A stretch of 41,648 nucleotides of DNA from Nemertoderma westbladi. Lineage: Eukaryota; Animalia; Xenacoelomorpha. This document shows positions 33,482 to 41,648 of the stretch, one piece after another. Position numbers and translations under genes: made by a program. Each line of letters starts with the position of its first letter. Positions within the stretch are counted from its first letter, which is position 1. The notes below the pieces were generated by a model. It made no database searches, was not told the DNA's origin, and worked only from the letters and a program-made list of their open reading frames with translations. The stretch spans positions 1 to 41,648 of the forward strand of contig JAUCBJ010005003.1 of the NCBI GenBank assembly GCA_032718475.1. The letters run 5' to 3'.

Positions 33482-35379
33482 TTATTACTATCGATATTTT
33501 TACTCTCGATATTTTTCAACACTCTATATTTTTACTCTCGATATTTTTCAACACTCGATATTTTTACTCTCGATATTTTTACTCTCGATATTTTTACTCT
33601 CGATATTTTTACTCTCGATATTTTTCAACACTCTATATTTTTCAACACTCGATATTTTTCAACACTCTATATTTTTCAACATTCGATATTTTTACTCGCG
33701 ATATTTTTACTCTCGATATTTTTCAACACTCGATATTTTTCAACACTCGATATTTTTACTCGCGATATTTTTCAACACTCGATATTTTTACTCTCGATAT
33801 TTTTCAACACTCGATATTTTAACTCTCGATATTTTTCAACACTTGATATTTTTACTCTCGATATTTTTCAACACTCGATATTTTTACTCGCGATATTTTT
33901 ACTCTCGATATTTTTCAACACTCGATATTTTTCAACACTCGATATTTTTACTCGCGATATTTTTCAACACTCGATATTTTTACTCTCGATATTTTTCAAC
34001 ACTCGATATTTTTCAACACTCTATATTTTTCAACATTCGATATTTTTACTCGCGATATTTTCACTCTCGATATTTTTCAACACTCGATATTTTTCAACAC
34101 TCGATATTTTTACTCGCGATATTTTTCAACACTCGATATTTTTACTCTCGATATTTTTCAACACTCGATATTTTAACTCTCGATATTTTTCAACACTTGA
34201 TATTTTTACTCTCGATATTTTTCAACACTCGATATTTTTACTCGCGATATTATTACTATCGATATTTTTCAACACTCGATATTTTTCAATACTCGATATT
34301 TTTACTCGCGATATTTTTACTCTCGATATTTTTCAACACTCGATATTTTTCAACACTCGATATTTTTACTCTCGATATTTTTAACTCTCGATATTTTTTC
34401 AACTCTCGATATTTTTCAACACTCGATATTTTTACTCTCGATATTTTTCAACACTCGATATTTTTACTCTCGATATTTTTCAGCACTCAATATTTTTACT
34501 CTCGATATTTTTCAGCACTCGATATTTTTACTCTCGATATTTTTCAACACTCGATATTTTTTAACACTTGATAGTTTTACTCTCGATATTTTTCAACACT
34601 CGATATTTTTCAACACTTGATATTTTTACTCTCGATATTTTTCGACACTCGATATTTTTACTCGCGATATTTTTACTCTCGATATTTTTCAACACTCGAT
34701 ATTTTTACTCTCGATATTTTTCAACACTCGATATTTTTACACTCGATATTTTTCAACACTCGATGTTTTTACCCTCGATATTTTTCAACACTCGATATTT
34801 TTACTCTCGATATTTTTCAACACTTGATATTTTTACTCTCGATATTTTTCAGCACTCAATATTTTTACTCTCGATATTTTTCAGCACTCAATATTTTTAC
34901 TCTCGATATTTGTCGGCACTCAATATTTTTACTCTCGATATTTTTCAGCACTCGATATTTTTACTCTCGATATTTTTCAACACTCGATATTTTTACTCTC
35001 GATATTTTTCAACACTCGATATTTTTACTCTCGATATTTTTCAGCACTCAATATTTTTACTCTCGATATTTTTCAGCACTCGATATTTTTACTCTCGATA
35101 TTTTTCAACACTCGATATTTTTCAACACTCGATATTTTTACTCTCGATATTTTTCAACACTCGATATTTTTACTCGCGATATTTTTACTCTCGATATTTT
35201 TCAACACTCGATATTTTTCAACACTCGATGTTTTTACCCCCGATATTTTTCAACACTCGATATTTTTACTCTCGATATTTTTCAACACTTGATATTTTTA
35301 CTCTCGATATTTTTCAACACATCAATATTTTTACTCTCGATATTTTTCGATATCATATCGATCATATCATACTCGATAT
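33482..35379 (+). repeat. Right satellite arm: TTTTTACTCTCGATA (15 bp) / TTTTTCAACACTCGATA (17 bp) units
   Basis: ~1.9-kb array read directly; inverted relative to the left arm. Confidence 0.97.
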
Positions 35380-36643
35380 CATGACCCTAGTTCAGTTTCC
35401 GAGTGTGGATGATCGTACGGCGTCCTGGCAGTCGGCACAAACCAGTCGCCACAAACCAGGTGTGTACCCATGCGACCAATCTCTGCAGCATGTAGTTCAG
35501 CCGGAGAAAAACCATCCTGGTTTGTCGGACAGATTCCTAGACAACTAGCAGCCCTTATACTGGAGAAACTGAAAAACACCAATGAGTTCATCACCAAAGT
35601 GAAAGAATTACCACCGCTAGAACATGGTGACATTTCATTCAGCACAGACATCACCGCGATGTACACCAACATAACATACCTGTTGATGAAGGCATAGAAG
35701 TCATCACTGAATTCTTTAAAAAACATCGGGGAGACATCTACACATACAGTGTTGACACTAATGACTTTTATGGCCTTTTAAAACTGACCACAGCCAATAA
35801 TTTCTTTGAATTCGACAATAAGTACTACAAGCAAACCAAAGGATTGTGGATGGATGATAGAAAAGCGGCCCCCTTTGCTCAAAACTACGTTCACCATAAA
35901 GAAACCCGGTGGTTAGAGGAATTACCCCCGAAAGGTTGAGTGGTGGTTTAGATACCACGACGATGCGATGGTTGGTCCAAATGGGCCCACGGAGAGGAAT
36001 AATTGGAGCAGTCTATGGACTACCTCAACAGCCGCCACCAAACTATAAAATATATGGTAGACAAATCCTATGATGGAACCTCGGCATTCCTCGATGTCTG
36101 GACAACGATCAGTAATGAAGGCACAATAAAATGTGAACTATATATAAAACCAGCTAGTGCCGAAGTAACCATTAATTTCAACAGCCGCCATCCCTCCACT
36201 ACCTTATACAGTACAGCGCGAAATTTTATCAACAGAGCCATTAGGAACTCCAATACAAAGGAAGGGCGAAATAGAAGCATTCTCAAAGCACACCATATCC
36301 TAGCGCGGAATGAATGGCCGAAAGAAACTATAACGAAACTAACACAACAAGCACTCCACCCACGTAAAAAGGAGAGACCAAAAAATAGGCAGCACCAAGA
36401 AAGCATCACACCACTGCGGTAGTTACGTACATTAACGAAGCGATATTACGCAAGGTCCAGGACGCAGAACGAGCATCCACACTTGGAAACTGAACTAGGG
36501 TCGTGCCCACCTCAGGCCCGAAACTTCACGACATACTTATTAGATCAGCACTGTACCCAGCCCAGCACCACAGAGTGTCCGTTGCTATACATGTAATAAT
36601 GGGATCGAGAATTGCACGATAAAGAACATCATCTACCACTTAA
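35380..36643 (+). mobile_element. Penelope-like retroelement remnant (RT, thumb, start of GIY-YIG domain) with a 49-bp inverted segment at its 5' end
   Basis: HKPG..PMRPI, FSTDITAMYTNI, NNFFEFDNKYYKQTKG, WFRYHDD, LNSRHQTIKY, FLDV, LYIKP...INFNSRHP, CYTC...CTIKNIIYHL cut at TTAA 36640. Confidence 0.88.
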
Positions 36644-37091
36644 GGGGAGGTAGCACCCCCCCCCCCCCTTAAGGGGGGGTAGCACCCCCCCCCCCCCCCC
36701 CCCCTTAAGGGGGGTAGCACCCCCCTATTTTGGAAATTGGCAAAAAAGTTTTTTTATTTTATCATGTGCCAAAACTAATGTAGATTTCAAATCTGCAAGC
36801 AGTTTTCTCATATCTTTACTCAATCTCAAGTTATTGAAAAACCCAAACGTAAGAGCTAGTCTGATTTTGAAAAGCCTTCGAGCAGCACTATATTTTACAA
36901 TTGTAAGGGGCCATTTTCATAAAAAAGGCTCACACGGTACAGATATAAATAAAATTGCTAGAAAGTTGTTTTAGTTGTTATATGTTTAGCAAGCATGAAA
37001 AATTTCGTTGAATTCCATTCATTTTTGACAAGTTATTGTTCAACATAGAAAAATGGTAATATCTAAAATAGCAGGAAAGTTTGAATTTTCT
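36644..37091. mobile_element. Left end of a TTAA-targeting DNA element with purine-start terminus (Kolobok-like), terminus triplicated; right end not seen
   Basis: TTAA-GGGG(A/G)GGTAGCACCCC at 36640, 36669 and 36705 truncates the Penelope ORF exactly at TTAA. Confidence 0.55.
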
Positions 37092-37095
37092 TTAA

Positions 37096-38650
37096 CCCTA
37101 TTAGTACCGGGCTATAAAATGTTGTACAAATACCGGGGAGGGGGTCATATTGACCCCCCCCTCTAAAATCTACAAATATTTACGAAAACGGCTGATTTTT
37201 TGTTTGTGCGTAGCTATCACTTGTCTGGATCCGACCGAAAAAAAAAATTTCCGAAAAAATGTACTGGGGTGGTTATATTGCAGCACCAAAATTACAAGTA
37301 GTGCACAATTTTCACAAAATTTGAAAGTTACATTTTCGGCTAATTATTTTTCAATACAGGTTTTCTGGGGTGCAAAATACATTGCAAAATATTAAAAAAT
37401 GATATGATTACTATAAATGGCTGTTTAGTCCTCTCTGCGTAGGAAAAAAAATGAAAAAAACAAGTAACCAGCACTTTTCAGTTAGAACACAAAATTTTTA
37501 ATTCACTTATACGATGCTATAAATTCACATTTTCAGGTTTTCGAGGGCGCTGATTCTAATGGAATACATTTCTAATATGCCAGATCATTGCTACTTGTAT
37601 TTTTCGGCGTAATTTGGCAAATTTTGGTGCTAGCACCAAATTTCGTACCCATCACCAAAAAGTACAAGTTTGCGATGTCCAGTGCTGTTTTTATTGATTC
37701 CATCGGATTCAGGACCCTCATAAACCCGTATAACGCAAGAAACAAGGTGATACTATCTACTTATTAATTTGCATATTTTCCAAAATTTGGTGCTGGCACA
37801 ACAATTTTCACCCACCGGCAAAAAATACAAGTTTGAGAACTCTTATGAAATTTTTACTGATTCCATTGAATTCAGAACCATCACAAACCCGTATAACGCA
37901 AGAAACAAGGTGACACAATCAATTGATATATTTGATGGTTTTCAAAATGTGGTGCTAGCACCACATTTTGCACCCACATCCGAAAAATACAAGTTTGAGA
38001 TGTCTAGTTCGATAATTGTATTTTCCATTGAATTCAGAACAGCCATAAACCTCTAAAACGCAAGAAATAAATTGTCACAAGCAATTTTATCTATTGAACA
38101 GATTTTCAAAATTTCGTGCTAGCACCAAAATTTGCACACAGCACCGAAAAATACAAGTTTGATACGCTTGGTGCAACTCGTATATATTTCATCGAATCCA
38201 GAAACCCAAAAAACCCCAATTGCGTAAAAAACAAGTTTCAAACGATCAATTTACAAAATTGACTTATTTCAAAATTTGGTGCTGGCACCAAAATTTGGCA
38301 CCCACCGAAAAAAACAAGTTTGAAATTTCTAAATCAATTTATATGAATTCCATCAAATTTCTAACACCAAAAAACCGGTGTAAATCAAAAATAGAGATGT
38401 TACAATTAATATTTAATGAAATGTAATTTTCAAAAAACGTCTCAAAAAAAGTGCCAAAAGTAGGGTTAAAAAATGGTGCTATAACTCGAAAAGTACCCAA
38501 TATTTTTGAAAACGGTTTTCACTACTAGGAAGACAATAGATTTTTAGGAAAAGTCATAAAATTTCAGATTCCCAACTGTGTTAGTTTCAGAATTATAATA
38601 AAAAAACCACGGGAGGGGTCATATTGACCCCCCCCCCGGGTTTAATAGGG
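37096..38650. mobile_element. Non-autonomous piggyBac-like element (1555 bp) with TTAA TSDs
   Basis: TTAA at 37092-37095 and 38651-38654; TIR CCCTATTAGTACCGGG versus reverse complement CCCTATTAAACCCGGG; subterminal palindrome GGGGTCATATTGACCCC at both ends. Confidence 0.88.
37618..38430. repeat. ~163-bp tandem repeat x5 inside the piggyBac-like element
   Basis: Core GGTGCTAGCACC-like motif at 37626, 37789, 37951, 38115, 38278. Confidence 0.9.
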
Positions 38651-38654
38651 TTAA

Positions 38655-39070
38655 AGACTACAAACCTAGGCACCACCTAACTCCAGATGACTTTTCTGAA
38701 TCTGGACTACTTAACTTAGATAGTAGATAGTGCATAAAGTGTATAATGGTAAATGTCCCAATTACCTAAAACAAAAATTCAACAGAGTACGCGATACACA
38801 CTCTTACAGTACCAGAGCTAGTGCTTCAAACTTCTACCTCCCGAATTGTAAATCCTTTGAATCTGATACTTTCTTTTTTAACGGCATAAAAAATTGGAAC
38901 GCTCTGCCTAATGAAATTAAAAACCTAAATAATCAACATTCTTTTAAATCTGCAGTTAAATCTCATCTCCGTGTGCAATGTAAAAATAGGTACAATAGTC
39001 CTACAGTAAGTTATTAGTTTATTAATTATTTACTATTTATGCTGTAAATACGTTTTATAATAAATTGTTC
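38655..39070 (+). mobile_element. 3' end of a CR1/L2/Crack-like LINE
   Basis: DYKPRHHL...HKVYNGKCPNYL...HSYSTRAS...TFFFNGIKNWNALPNEIK...FKSAVKSHL, homologous to the C-terminus of ORF 70-2991. Confidence 0.85.
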
Positions 39071-39153
39071 TGTACATTACATCTTTATCGTTGAGTCGAA
39101 CATTGTCACGCTCTCGGTAAAGTTGTACATGTACATAGTGTAATTACGTTTTA

Positions 39154-41648
<2,495 letters not shown>

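Noticed and set aside
33482-35379. CRISPR-like repeat array
   Set aside because: There are no unique spacers or cas genes, and the context is eukaryotic
35371-35394. Right TIR matching 32261-32280, and a TAGTTCA 7-bp TSD (32255-32261 / 35388-35394) for the foldback element
   Set aside because: 35380-35428 is explained as an inverted Penelope segment and the piggyBac ORF does not resume on the right, so the match is probably coincidental or junction microhomology
32537-35548. Long ORFs (165-326 aa) of LDIF/SRYF/FFNT repeats
   Set aside because: They are by-products of stop-free 15/17-bp satellite units, open in several overlapping frames with no real start context

Overview
AT-rich eukaryotic (almost certainly invertebrate animal) genomic DNA. 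The only host genes form a + strand tandem array of two-exon MFS transporters most similar to SLC18B1 (vesicular polyamine/amine transporter family). There are three intact copies (6032-7969, 11818-14596, 26675-29399) and one scrambled, LINE-disrupted pseudogene (17311-22441). They are arranged A-B-psiA-B, which indicates duplication of a two-gene unit. The rest is transposon-derived: a near-intact PHD-EN-RT LINE (1-4575), a second LINE with a 27-bp TSD, a 5'-truncated RTE, CR1-like remnants, tRNA-derived SINEs, an EnSpm/CACTA-like and a piggyBac-like non-autonomous element, intronic MITEs, a decayed piggyBac transposase, a Penelope-like element with an inverted segment, a Kolobok-like terminus, two oppositely oriented 15/17-bp satellite arrays (foldback-like) and a >=2.49-kb perfect (TATC)n tract running off the window end. 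No new system can be proven from sequence alone. The best candidates for a second look are the foldback-like binary satellite (32261-35379), the diversifying SLC18B1-like array and the 27-bp-TSD LINE. All alignments and family assignments were made by eye.
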